Shown here: piece after piece, positions 45,098 to 54,942 of the stretch | Position numbering within the stretch: the first letter of the stretch is position 1 | Layout of the letters: the number at the start of each line of letters is the position of its first letter | DNA from: Candidatus Sumerlaeota bacterium | GTDB taxonomy: Bacteria; Sumerlaeota; Sumerlaeia; JAFGJS01 | Assembly: GCA_016928995.1 (NCBI GenBank) | Contig: JAFGJS010000030.1 | Coordinates: 37,776 to 101,775, forward strand | DNA: 64,000 bases | Direction of reading: 5' to 3' | Program-made: the position numbers and the translations under genes | The notes under the pieces: model-generated | Databases searched by the model: none | What the model saw: only the letters and a program-made list of their open reading frames with translations | What the model was told of the DNA's origin: nothing

Positions 45098-47599
45098 ATG
45101 AATATCTGGCGCAACTTTTTTTACAGCTTCATCATCTTCTCCGGCATCCTGACGTTGTCGCTGTTGATTGGACAAAGTCAGCAGCTCGACTTCAGCGATT
45201 CGCAATCGGCGCTGAACAACAAGGACGTGGCGCGATTGACGTTCGCCGCGCAGAACATGATCGACAAACTGCGTCTGGAGATCACCAGCCGCGGCGACCA
45301 GCTGCGCTTTTGGGGCTTGCTCGTTCAACGTCAGCCTTCGGACGCCGATCCTGGCGCTTTGCGTCCGGAGGACGCGGAGTTGAAAAAATTTAACGGCGCA
45401 GCGCTCCTGAAGCCGGACGGCTCAACCGTCTGGAGCGTGGGCGACGTGCCTGATGCGTTGCTGCACGCCAGCCAGGATGAGGAAATGTCGAGAGCCCTGA
45501 AGCACTCTCGCGGGCTTCAGGAACTGTTTTATTATGATAATTGTTCCGGCGCGGACGGCGCCCGCAAGCTGGTGATGATTCAGCCGTTGACGCGCGACGG
45601 CGTGTTCCTGGGTTGGCTGACGGGAGTGTGCGACATTGCGAACCTGATTCGTTCCGTGCATAATATCGAACCGGCGCCCTTTATCCTCGTAATCCGCAAA
45701 TACCGGGATTACAACTTCGAGTCCGGACGCGGCGCCGATCCATCCGGTTTGACATTGTTCGGCAATGAGCAGCAGTTGAAATTCAGCGACGACCGGCGCC
45801 GCACGTTATATCTGCAGATCGGACATCTGCCGCCTTCGCCGGAAGGGCCGTTCGGCGGCGATTGGATGATCAACTGGGCGGCGACGTTCGCCGTCAACCT
45901 GGAGGCTTCGCCTCCGCTCACGCCGCATCCAGCCAAAGCCTCGCCGATTTTTCTTCTGGGCTTGCTGGTGTCGCTGATCTCGGGGACATTCACGTTCCTG
46001 ATTCTCTCGCGCAACGACAAACTCGAGCAGGAGGTGGCTGAGCGCGTGCGCGACGTGCAGACTTCCCAGGAGGAGCTGCGCGCCATCATCGAAGGCGCGC
46101 CCGTAGCGATCCTTGGCTATGACGAGTCGCTCAGCGTGATTCTCTGGAATCCGAAATGCGAGGCGATTTTCGGCTATGGCGCGGCGGAGGCCGAGGGGCG
46201 TCAGGTGCTGAGCCTGGTGGCTACGGAGAATGAAGATCCGATTCGCGAGATTCTGCGCGAGGGAATTTTCGACGACCTGACCAGTCAAAATCTGACGTGG
46301 GAGACGCGCCGCAAGAACGGCAAGATGATCGTTTGCGGCGGCTCGTTCACCACCGTCTCGCATGAGACGGACAGCGAGCGTTTCGCCCTGTTGATCTGCG
46401 ACGACATCACGGAGCGCCGCCAGCTCGAGGCGGAGCTGGAAAAACACGCCCAGCATCTGGAGCAAATGGTGCATGAGCGATCGGGCGAGTTGGCCGAGTC
46501 CGAGGCGCGCTATCGCGAGCTGTTGAGCAATGCGCGCGATTCCATCGTGAGCATCGACGAGCAGCAGAATATCACGCTGTTTAATTTCGCCGCCGAGCGC
46601 GCTTTCGGCTATGCGGCGGCGGAGATCATTGGCCAGCCGATTTGGACGATTCTGGAGAAAGGCGAGGGCGCCGGATCGGGCATCACGCCGTTCCTGCAAT
46701 CGGGTCAGACCTCGCGCGTGGGGATCACCCGCGAAATCCAGGGGCGGCGCAAAAACGGCGACCTGTTTCCGCTGGAGATTTCGCTGTCCGTTTATTCACG
46801 CGGCGGGCATACCTACTTCACGGCGATCATGCGCGACATCGCGGAGCGCAAACGGATGGAACTGCGTATGGATCGCATGATCCACGATTTGCAGCACGCC
46901 AACCGGGAAATGGAGCAGTTCTCCTATGTCGTTTCGCACGACCTGAAGGCGCCGTTGCGAGCGGTGAAGAACATGAGCCAGTTTCTGGCCGAGGATTGCG
47001 GGGAGAGTCTGGATGACACCGGCAAGGATTACCTGCGCCGCATCCAGGATTCCACGCAGCGGATGAGCGAATTGATCGACAACCTGCTTGATCTATCGCA
47101 AATCAGCCGCGTCAACAAGCGCCGCTCGCTGGTCAAACTGGATACGCTGATCGACAAGGTGATCGACGTGCTCAAACCCGGCGTCAACGTATCAATCGAG
47201 GTGCAACGCGATCTGCCTTTGGTGATGTGCGCCGAGACGAAGATGGAACAAGTGTTCATGAACTTAATTGGGAATGGCATTAAATATAACCAAAATGAAA
47301 AAATCGTGATTGAAATCGGATACGAAGAAAAAGATAATGAATACCGCTTTTATGTGCGCGACAATGGAATCGGCATTGATAAAAAATATCAGCAGCGCAT
47401 CTTTGAGCCATTCCAGCGACTGCATAAAGCTCATGAATATGAAGGCACGGGGATTGGGCTGTCCATCGTGAAGAAGGTTGTGCAGGAGCATGGCGGACGC
47501 ATATGGGTGGATTCCGAGCCGGAGAAGGGAACGACGTTTTATTTTTCCATGAGCAAGCCCAGGGCTGAAGAACTTCTGGGAACAACGCCGTTGAGATGA
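45098..47599 (+). CDS. sensor histidine kinase with periplasmic sensor region and two PAS domains
   Basis: N-terminal TM. PAS/PAC repeats (two ...FGYAAAE... motifs). H-box FSYVVSHDLKAPLRAV. HATPase_c GTGIGLSIVKKVV. Confidence 0.85.
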   Translation: MNIWRNFFYSFIIFSGILTLSLLIGQSQQLDFSDSQSALNNKDVARLTFAAQNMIDKLRLEITSRGDQLRFWGLLVQRQPSDADPGALRPEDAELKKFNGAALLKPDGSTVWSVGDVPDALLHASQDEEMSRALKHSRGLQELFYYDNCSGADGARKLVMIQPLTRDGVFLGWLTGVCDIANLIRSVHNIEPAPFILVIRKYRDYNFESGRGADPSGLTLFGNEQQLKFSDDRRRTLYLQIGHLPPSPEGPFGGDWMINWAATFAVNLEASPPLTPHPAKASPIFLLGLLVSLISGTFTFLILSRNDKLEQEVAERVRDVQTSQEELRAIIEGAPVAILGYDESLSVILWNPKCEAIFGYGAAEAEGRQVLSLVATENEDPIREILREGIFDDLTSQNLTWETRRKNGKMIVCGGSFTTVSHETDSERFALLICDDITERRQLEAELEKHAQHLEQMVHERSGELAESEARYRELLSNARDSIVSIDEQQNITLFNFAAERAFGYAAAEIIGQPIWTILEKGEGAGSGITPFLQSGQTSRVGITREIQGRRKNGDLFPLEISLSVYSRGGHTYFTAIMRDIAERKRMELRMDRMIHDLQHANREMEQFSYVVSHDLKAPLRAVKNMSQFLAEDCGESLDDTGKDYLRRIQDSTQRMSELIDNLLDLSQISRVNKRRSLVKLDTLIDKVIDVLKPGVNVSIEVQRDLPLVMCAETKMEQVFMNLIGNGIKYNQNEKIVIEIGYEEKDNEYRFYVRDNGIGIDKKYQQRIFEPFQRLHKAHEYEGTGIGLSIVKKVVQEHGGRIWVDSEPEKGTTFYFSMSKPRAEELLGTTPLR

Positions 47600-47600
47600 G

Positions 47601-48041
47601 GTGATCTTTATGATTCAGGAAGTGAACATCCTGCTGGTTGAAGATGACGAGAACGACATTCTGGCGATTCGGCGTGCGTTCAAAAAACACAGCATTTCCA
47701 ATCCGTTGTTTGTGGTTGAGAACGGCGAGGACGCCCTTGACTTCCTGCATAACCGGGGGGAGTACGAGGACGAGAAAGCGCATCCCAAACCGGATTTGAT
47801 CCTGCTGGACATCAACATGCCGCGCATGAACGGCATCGAATTTCTAAACATCATCAAACGCGACGATAAATTCAAATCGATTCCCGTGGTGATTTTAACC
47901 AGCTCGAAGCGGGAATGGGACAAGATCGAGAGCTACAAACTGGGCGTGAACAGCTATATCATCAAGCCGGTCGATTTCGATAAATTCGCTGATTCCATTC
48001 TGATGATCAATCAATACTGGTCGATGACGGAATTGCCCTGA
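47601..48041 (+). CDS. single-domain response regulator (CheY-like receiver)
   Basis: ILLVEDDENDI...KPDLILLDINMPRMNGIEFL...VVILTSS...K. Starts 2 bp after the kinase stop. Confidence 0.85.
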   Translation: MIFMIQEVNILLVEDDENDILAIRRAFKKHSISNPLFVVENGEDALDFLHNRGEYEDEKAHPKPDLILLDINMPRMNGIEFLNIIKRDDKFKSIPVVILTSSKREWDKIESYKLGVNSYIIKPVDFDKFADSILMINQYWSMTELP

Positions 48042-48068
48042 GGCATTCCGCGATTGTTTTGAGTTTCC

Positions 48069-49049
48069 ATGAAATTTTTCATACGACATCGAATATTATT
48101 GTTATGTTGCGTATCGGGCGCGTTGATTTCGCTTTATCTGCTGGCGGAGGACTATCTGCCCTATCGCGATCCAGTGTGCCACGGATCGCGCTGGTTTGCC
48201 TGCGGCGCCACGGAAGCGTTGCTCGGCGTCCCCTGGCTTCAGTCCTTCAACGCCGCTTTGGGGCTGCTCGTTTTCATCGCGCTGGGCCTCATTGCGTTGC
48301 GTTTGCCGAAGATGCCCCTGGACGCCGTCAAGCCTCGCCGCGGGCTGCTTTGGCTCTGCAACGCCGGATTGGGGTATGCGTTGCTGTTGCGCGCATTGGA
48401 ATTTTTTGTCAGCGGCGGAGTTTGTCCCTGGTGCCTGGGCATGTTTTTATGCTTTCTGGGCGCCACGATCTGCGTCTGGTTTGAATGCGGCGCCAGTTTG
48501 AAACGGCAAGACGTGACGTTTCTGCCAGGCGATTTTTACGGCGCCAACGTCAAACTGACGATCGTATTGCTGCTGGTTTGCACTATCGGAGTATGCAGCA
48601 CACGCAAGATGTTGCCGAACACGATGCTGCTTTCGAAGGAGAATTTTTACAAGGCCGGCTTCTTGCCGGACAAGGACGCGGTGTTCAGCCGGGCGGAGAG
48701 CGAGGGGACGCCGTGTCTGTTGCTGGTATACGACCAGCGCTGCGGTCATTGCTATCAGCTCTCCCTGGCCATTCAGGACGCCATGCTCAAGCCCTTGATC
48801 GCGGAGCTGCCCAAGGCGTCGATGGAGGCTACGGATCCGGGCGCGCTGCGGCTGATGTCTGAAATGGGACGGCTTGCTTATCCTGCGCTGATTGTTTTCG
48901 GTCCGGATCATCAACGCTGGGGCGTCATTGTTGGCGAACGGACGCCGGAAAAGCTCAAAGAGGAGTTGAATGAGATTTTACATGCGCGCCGGGAGCAAGA
49001 CCCTGGCGCGCAGCCGGAGAAAGATGGCGCTCTCATCCATGAATCCTGA
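48069..49049 (+). CDS. vitamin K epoxide reductase (VKOR)-family membrane protein fused to thioredoxin-like domain
   Basis: VKOR loop cysteines (PVCHGSRWFACG) and active-site CPWC in a TM helix. C-terminal Trx-like CGHC. Confidence 0.7.
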   Translation: MKFFIRHRILLLCCVSGALISLYLLAEDYLPYRDPVCHGSRWFACGATEALLGVPWLQSFNAALGLLVFIALGLIALRLPKMPLDAVKPRRGLLWLCNAGLGYALLLRALEFFVSGGVCPWCLGMFLCFLGATICVWFECGASLKRQDVTFLPGDFYGANVKLTIVLLLVCTIGVCSTRKMLPNTMLLSKENFYKAGFLPDKDAVFSRAESEGTPCLLLVYDQRCGHCYQLSLAIQDAMLKPLIAELPKASMEATDPGALRLMSEMGRLAYPALIVFGPDHQRWGVIVGERTPEKLKEELNEILHARREQDPGAQPEKDGALIHES

Positions 49050-51090
49050 TTTCGATTTCGTTCCATTGGAATTCGAAGAGTTTCGATCGTCCTGGAGCCG
49101 GACGGCGTGGCGAATCGCTTTGGCGCTTGCCGCCTTTGGGCTGCTGGCGACCAGTTTGTCTTACGCGTTGAATCCGCGAAGCGCCGTTCCGCTGCATTTG
49201 CATCTCCCGGCGCCATACAGTCTGATTATATTCACAGGATGCTTTTTTCTCGGTTTGGCTTCCCGGCGGTTGTTGACCGACGCGCTGCTCTTGATCGCGC
49301 CGCTGGCGGTTATGCCGTTGTATTCGATGACTGAGTTGGGTTTGCGCGCGGGGCTGGCCGGTCTGTTGCTGCGCGCGGCATGGCGTCCGCGCATGCTAAA
49401 GTCTTCCTGTGCGCTGACGCCCGCGTTGCTTTTCATGTGCGGCGTGACGCTGTTTTCTCTAGTTTTTAACCTGATTCAAACCAGCGGTTTCTTCAACGGA
49501 TATCTTTGGCGCATGATCGCGCATTGCTCGGGCTGCAGCGTGGAACTGATGCAGGATTGCACGGAGAACGGTTTCACGACGGTGTTTGCCATGATCAACG
49601 CCACAGCCGTGTTTCATTTGGCGCTGTTTCGCGCGCAGGAGGGGGGCTTGCGCCGGATGATCGCCGCTTTGCTCATTGGCGCGCTCGGGGCCAGCGGTTT
49701 CGCGATCCTGCAATATTTTTTTCCCGTGGGACTGGTTGAATTTTACAGCGTGTCGGATCAAACGACACGAGTGAACGGCACGTTTACCGATCCGAATACA
49801 CTGGGCACTTACTTGACACTGACAGCGGGGATTGGCGCGGCGAGCTGGTTCGGGCGCGGCGCGCTTGGTCCGCGCAAGCTGGGCGGCGCCGTGTTCATCG
49901 TCTCCGCAATCGCTGTGATCCTGACACGCAGCGACATCGCCTGGCTGGGGATGCTGCTGCTTATCGGTTGGATCGTGCTTTGGAGCTTTGTCAGCGCCGC
50001 CGGGCTGACCGTTTGGTTGCGCCGCCGCCGGATTCCGCTGCTGGCCGGCGTGATTCTGGCGTTTTTCGCGTGCTGGGCGCTGATCATGCAGATCAATGTG
50101 ACTGGCGACAATTTTTACACTGTGCTGGACTGGATGTATCAGGACAATTTCATCACGCGGCTGTTCCGCGGACGATTCGCCATTTGGCGGCGTTGTCTGA
50201 TGCTGATCGATCTGCATCCGTTTTGGGGCGTGCAGACGGGAAGGTTGTACATGGCGATTTCCGCGATGTGGGCGCCGGTGGCGAGCGAGTGGAATCCCAT
50301 CTCCGAAAATGCGCACAATCAATTTCTGCAATACTGCACTGAACTCGGTCCGCTGGGCGGCCTGGGCGCTTTGCTGCTTTTCGTGTTGCCGTTCTGGCGC
50401 TTGATTCAACTCATGAGCGCCGAATCAGGGCCGCGGCGCATGGGATTCATCGCGCTGGGCGGCGGGTGGCTTGGATGCTGTCTGACGATGACCACCGGTC
50501 ATCCGCTGATTGTCCGCGAAATGTTGTATGTTTTCGCGGCGGCCACGGCGTTGTTGTATTTACCCATCGAAGCGGACACGGGCGCGGCGCGGGAATCGGC
50601 CTTTCGCAAGATCGATCCCTGGCTGCCCGCCTGGGTTGCGTTGCTGCTGCTGCTGATTCCCCTGTCGGTCGATGCGTCGCGTTATACGGATTTCAGCGCT
50701 CAACTTTACGGCGCTTCGTGCTATGCGGATTATGATCAGCACATTCTCCGCGCTTGGCCCATGGACCGCGAGGTGCATATCCGCGGCTATAAGACCACGC
50801 CGTTGGTTCGTCTGGAAATCTTGCCGAAACTGGCCAGCCCCGAAGAGCCGCTGAACGTCACAGTTCGCATCGGCGATCAGGAATGGAAGGAGGAATTAAG
50901 CGGCGGCGGATGGCGCACTTTAGATTGCCCGCTTTCGCGGAGCGTAATGGGCAAGCCGCTGGAGATGACCATCGCTTTTGACCGATATTACTACGAGAAA
51001 AACGCCGATGGCGACCGTTCGGAATACGCCCCATACTACGCCGAGTTGCAGCGCATATTTCAAAATTTCAATTTTGAATCCCAGCCCTGA
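49024..51090 (+). CDS. Wzy_C (O-antigen ligase / PglL-type O-oligosaccharyltransferase family) polytopic membrane protein with extra C-terminal periplasmic domain
   Basis: Wzy_C signature loop SENAHNQFLQYCTELGPLGGLGALLLF, ~12 TM segments, ~200-aa C-terminal beta-rich extension. Start taken at MALSS; the ORF begins at 48970, overlapping the VKOR gene. Confidence 0.6.
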   Translation: MALSSMNPDFDFVPLEFEEFRSSWSRTAWRIALALAAFGLLATSLSYALNPRSAVPLHLHLPAPYSLIIFTGCFFLGLASRRLLTDALLLIAPLAVMPLYSMTELGLRAGLAGLLLRAAWRPRMLKSSCALTPALLFMCGVTLFSLVFNLIQTSGFFNGYLWRMIAHCSGCSVELMQDCTENGFTTVFAMINATAVFHLALFRAQEGGLRRMIAALLIGALGASGFAILQYFFPVGLVEFYSVSDQTTRVNGTFTDPNTLGTYLTLTAGIGAASWFGRGALGPRKLGGAVFIVSAIAVILTRSDIAWLGMLLLIGWIVLWSFVSAAGLTVWLRRRRIPLLAGVILAFFACWALIMQINVTGDNFYTVLDWMYQDNFITRLFRGRFAIWRRCLMLIDLHPFWGVQTGRLYMAISAMWAPVASEWNPISENAHNQFLQYCTELGPLGGLGALLLFVLPFWRLIQLMSAESGPRRMGFIALGGGWLGCCLTMTTGHPLIVREMLYVFAAATALLYLPIEADTGAARESAFRKIDPWLPAWVALLLLLIPLSVDASRYTDFSAQLYGASCYADYDQHILRAWPMDREVHIRGYKTTPLVRLEILPKLASPEEPLNVTVRIGDQEWKEELSGGGWRTLDCPLSRSVMGKPLEMTIAFDRYYYEKNADGDRSEYAPYYAELQRIFQNFNFESQP

Positions 51091-51277
51091 GCGTCTTCGT
51101 TCCAGCCCGTCTTCTTCATTGATGACCGATTTCGGGGCAAAACCGCCGTACGGCCGAATTGCCCTTTGGTTGTTAATAGCCATTGACATTCAAGGTTTGT
51201 GGCGGCATATTTTAATATTAATGGCTGCGTTGGCGGCCTTATACGAGCGACAGATCCTGTTGATTTCGTTCTAGCGA

Positions 51278-52153
51278 ATGCTCACGGTGCCGTTGATGAC
51301 GTTGAATGATCGCACGCCTCCCAAACGGAGAAAACGCAGGCGGCCTTCCCGTCTGCGCCGGTCAGGAATGCGCTTGCACGAGCGTATTTTCGCCTGTTTT
51401 CGCTTTCTATTCAAAGCCGCTGTGATCTGCGCCGTGTTGGGCGTGGCGGGAGTTTTTGGCGCTCAGCTTTACGCTTATTTGTTCCGCTCGGAGCGATTTC
51501 TGCTGCGCAAGGTGGAGTTTTCCGGTGTGAATCTCCGCATTGAGCGCGAGCTGATACGTCTGAGCGAGTTGGATCTGGCGCAGGCGCCGCCCAACCTGAT
51601 TTTATTGCGTAAATCCGAGCTCTCTCGGCTGTTGCTGCAACATCCCCGCGTCAAGTCGGTGGAACTGCACAAGAGCCTGCCCGACTCCTTGCATGTGAAA
51701 GTGCAGCTGCGTCAACCCGTGGCCGTGGTGATGGGCGATGCATTGTATTTGCTGGATCGTGAGGCGATGGTGATCGGACTGCTGCTGCCGGACGAGTCGC
51801 GGTATTACGATCTGCCATACATCACTGGTCTGCATCACAGCCAGGTGGCGCTTGGTGAGACGATCCAGCATGAATCGTTGAATTGGACGCTGGCGGCGAT
51901 CGATCAGCTCTCGCGCGTCAATCCTGCGTTGTTGAAGCGGTTTTCCGAGTTTTCATTCGAGCGCGGCGGCGTGATCACCGCGCGGTTGAAAGGCGGGTTG
52001 AAGGTGCTCTTCGGCCATCAGCCGCCGTTGGAAAAAATCGTCGCGCTGGAGCTCTTCCTGGAGAAATATCAGGCGGAAGCGAAGGATAGCAGCTACGTGG
52101 ATTTGCGCTTCGACAATCAGATCGTCTATTTGCCCAAGTCCGCGCAGCCCTGA
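51278..52153 (+). CDS. ftsQ: cell division protein FtsQ (POTRA domain)
   Basis: Basic N-terminus, single TM, POTRA (VEFSGVNLRIERELI) and FtsQ beta domain. Located upstream of ftsA-ftsZ. Confidence 0.75.
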   Translation: MLTVPLMTLNDRTPPKRRKRRRPSRLRRSGMRLHERIFACFRFLFKAAVICAVLGVAGVFGAQLYAYLFRSERFLLRKVEFSGVNLRIERELIRLSELDLAQAPPNLILLRKSELSRLLLQHPRVKSVELHKSLPDSLHVKVQLRQPVAVVMGDALYLLDREAMVIGLLLPDESRYYDLPYITGLHHSQVALGETIQHESLNWTLAAIDQLSRVNPALLKRFSEFSFERGGVITARLKGGLKVLFGHQPPLEKIVALELFLEKYQAEAKDSSYVDLRFDNQIVYLPKSAQP

Positions 52154-52265
52154 CGATATTCCTGAAGACGATGATGAAATAAACTGCGGCGTCCAATTTT
52201 TTGGGCGCCGGATCTGCGCCGGAAGACGCTAAACGAACCGGCGCGCTGGATCCTGAGCGACACGC

Positions 52266-53507
52266 ATGAGTCCGAGTTCCGCACATTCCGCCCCGATCGT
52301 CGCCGCGCTGGATATCGGCACGACGAAGATTTGCGCCATTATCGGATCGAGAGACGATGACGGTTCGATTCGCGTGCTGGGCATTGGCGCGCATCCCTCG
52401 AAGGGGCTGGCGCGGGGCATGGTCGTTGATTTCGACGAGGCCGTCGAGAGCATCGAGAAGGCGGTCAGCCACGCCGAGCAGATGGCCGGCTGCGTTGTAG
52501 AGGACGTCTATGTCGGCATCGCCGGCGGGCATATGGCCAGTTTCAACGCCGCGGCGGAAATTCAGATCGACAACGCCATGCGCGGAGTGGACGAGAAAGA
52601 CATCGAGGCTGTCGTGGAACTGGCCCGGCGATCGATCGATCTGCCGAAAAATCACGAGATCATCCAATGCTTCCGCGAGGAATACTTCTGCGACGGCGTG
52701 CCTATCGCCAATCCCGAAGATCGCAAATGCCACACTCTCCGGGTACGCTGCCATATCGTCACCGCCGCCGTGACTTCAGCCCAGAACATCGCGCACTGCG
52801 TGCAACTGGCCGGGCTGCGCGTGGCCGATTTGCTGGTGGAGAGCGTAGCCTCGGCGTATAGCGCGCTGAACGAAAACGAGAAAGAACTCGGCGTGCTGTT
52901 GATTGACATCGGCGGCGGCACGAGCGACCTGGCGGTGTATCAGGAGGGCAAAATCCGCCATTCCAGCTGCATCCCGTACGGCGGCGACGACATCACCAAC
53001 GACATCCGCAAGGCGCTGAAGATTTCGCGTTTTGACGCGGAGAACCTGAAGAAGAAATCCGGCTGTTCCTATGCGCGGATGGTGCAGGATGATGAGGAGG
53101 TGGAGGTCAATGAAATCTTCAAGGAAAAGCGCTGCAAGGTCCAGCGGCGTTTTCTGGCGCAGGTGATCCAGGCCCGCTGCCAGGAGATTCTGCAGCGCTG
53201 CCTCGACGACGTGCGCGCATCGGAGACGCCTTTCACGGAAATCAGCGGCGTGGTGCTGACGGGCGGCTCGTCGCTGCTGGGACGCCTGCCGGAACTGACC
53301 GAGCGGATGTGCGGATTGACCGTGAAAATCGGCCAGCCGCAGAATATTAAAGGCATGAGCAGCATCGTTTCCAGCCCGATTTACTCCACGGGAATCGGCT
53401 TGCTGGCCTATGGATTGAAAAACCCGCCAAACCGGGAGTTGACAGGACTGCAGTTGGTGGACAAAATAAAGCTGTTTTTCCGGCGTTTGATCAATTGGTA
53501 CGATTAA
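52266..53507 (+). CDS. ftsA: cell division protein FtsA
   Basis: Actin-like ATPase fold (VAALDIGTTKICAIIG, IDIGGGTSDLAVY) and C-terminal amphipathic helix. Confidence 0.85.
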   Translation: MSPSSAHSAPIVAALDIGTTKICAIIGSRDDDGSIRVLGIGAHPSKGLARGMVVDFDEAVESIEKAVSHAEQMAGCVVEDVYVGIAGGHMASFNAAAEIQIDNAMRGVDEKDIEAVVELARRSIDLPKNHEIIQCFREEYFCDGVPIANPEDRKCHTLRVRCHIVTAAVTSAQNIAHCVQLAGLRVADLLVESVASAYSALNENEKELGVLLIDIGGGTSDLAVYQEGKIRHSSCIPYGGDDITNDIRKALKISRFDAENLKKKSGCSYARMVQDDEEVEVNEIFKEKRCKVQRRFLAQVIQARCQEILQRCLDDVRASETPFTEISGVVLTGGSSLLGRLPELTERMCGLTVKIGQPQNIKGMSSIVSSPIYSTGIGLLAYGLKNPPNRELTGLQLVDKIKLFFRRLINWYD

Positions 53508-53567
53508 CGGCCATTATTCTAAAAAGACCTCCATCCGGCGATCCGGTTGCGAGAGGGAGACAGTGTC

Positions 53568-54923
53568 ATGACGGACGTCCCGTTTGAAGTGGTCAGCGAC
53601 GAACCGCGCGCGGCGGTGATCAAGGTCATCGGCTCCGGCGGCGGCGGCTCCAACGCCGTGGACAGCATGATCAAGCACGGCATCGACTCCGTCGAGTATT
53701 TCGTGGTGAACACGGATGCGAAGGCGCTGAGCCGTTCGATGTGTCAGAACAAGATTCAGATCGGCGTGGAGATCACCAACGGTCTTGGCTCCGGCGGCGA
53801 TCCGGCCGTGGGCAAGACTTCCGCCGAGGCGGCCGAGAATCAGCTGCGCGAAGCGCTGGCCGGCGCCGACATGGTTTTCCTCACGGCCGGGTTGGGCGGC
53901 GGCACGGGCACGGGCGCGAGTCCGGTCATCGCGCGCATCGCCAAGGAGATCGGCGCGCTGACCGTTGCGATCATGACGAAGCCGTTTCGCTTTGAAGGTC
54001 CGCAGCGCATGCGCAGGGCGATGCAAGGCGTGGAGCAGCTACGGGAGTTCGTCGACACGCTGATCCTGATCAGCAACGACCGGCTGCTGGAAGTGATCGA
54101 CCGCTCGGCCACGCTGGTGGACGCGTTCAACATCGCCAACGGCGTGCTCTGCCAGGGCGTGCAGAGCATCAGCGACCTGATCAGCGAGCCGGGATTGATC
54201 AACGTGGATTTCGCCGACGTGCGCACGATCATGGGCGGCACGCATGGCGCCGTGATGGGCATCGGCGTCGGCCGCGGAGACGATCGCGCCGTGGAGGCTG
54301 TAAACAAAGCCTGCGCCAGTCCGCTGCTCGACAAGATTGTGATCGACGGCGCGCGCGGCGTGCTGATCAGCATCTGCGGCGGACCGGAACTCAAACTGCT
54401 CGAAGTCAACGAGGCCATGACGCTGGTCTACGAAAAGGCCGATCCCGAGGCGAACATCATCTTCGGCGCCGTGATCGATGAGAAAATGAAGGACGAGGTG
54501 CGCGTGACGATCATCGCCACGGGTTTCCTGGATGACGAAGCCGACGCCTTGCCCGGAAAATCGAAATACGCCGCGCCTCAAGCGCAAGCGAAATCCTCCG
54601 AGGTTCAGGACGAAGCGCCGCGACAGCCGCTGAAGTCCCCCACCTCTCCTGTCTCGCTGAAATCGAAACTGGAGTCGATGATCGGCAAAGAGGCTTCGCC
54701 GCAACCGAACGCCAAGGCTCGTCCGGAAGCTCCCAAAACAAAGGAAACCGATACATCCTCCGTTCCAACTCCGACGCCTTCCGATGTGAAAATCGGCACG
54801 GCGGAGATCGAGATGGATTTCACGGATGAGGATGAAGAGAGCCCGCAAGAATCCAAGCAGGCCTCGGACAATGAGGATCCGGACATCCCGGCTTATCTGC
54901 GCAACAAGGACCTACTGGACTGA
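53568..54923 (+). CDS. ftsZ: cell division GTPase FtsZ
   Basis: Tubulin signature GGGTGTGASPVIA, T7 loop, and C-terminal conserved peptide DIPAYLR. Start taken at MTDVPFE; the ORF starts at 53547. Confidence 0.9.
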   Translation: MTDVPFEVVSDEPRAAVIKVIGSGGGGSNAVDSMIKHGIDSVEYFVVNTDAKALSRSMCQNKIQIGVEITNGLGSGGDPAVGKTSAEAAENQLREALAGADMVFLTAGLGGGTGTGASPVIARIAKEIGALTVAIMTKPFRFEGPQRMRRAMQGVEQLREFVDTLILISNDRLLEVIDRSATLVDAFNIANGVLCQGVQSISDLISEPGLINVDFADVRTIMGGTHGAVMGIGVGRGDDRAVEAVNKACASPLLDKIVIDGARGVLISICGGPELKLLEVNEAMTLVYEKADPEANIIFGAVIDEKMKDEVRVTIIATGFLDDEADALPGKSKYAAPQAQAKSSEVQDEAPRQPLKSPTSPVSLKSKLESMIGKEASPQPNAKARPEAPKTKETDTSSVPTPTPSDVKIGTAEIEMDFTDEDEESPQESKQASDNEDPDIPAYLRNKDLLD

Positions 54924-54942
54924 CGCGTCGCTATGGAGCGAG

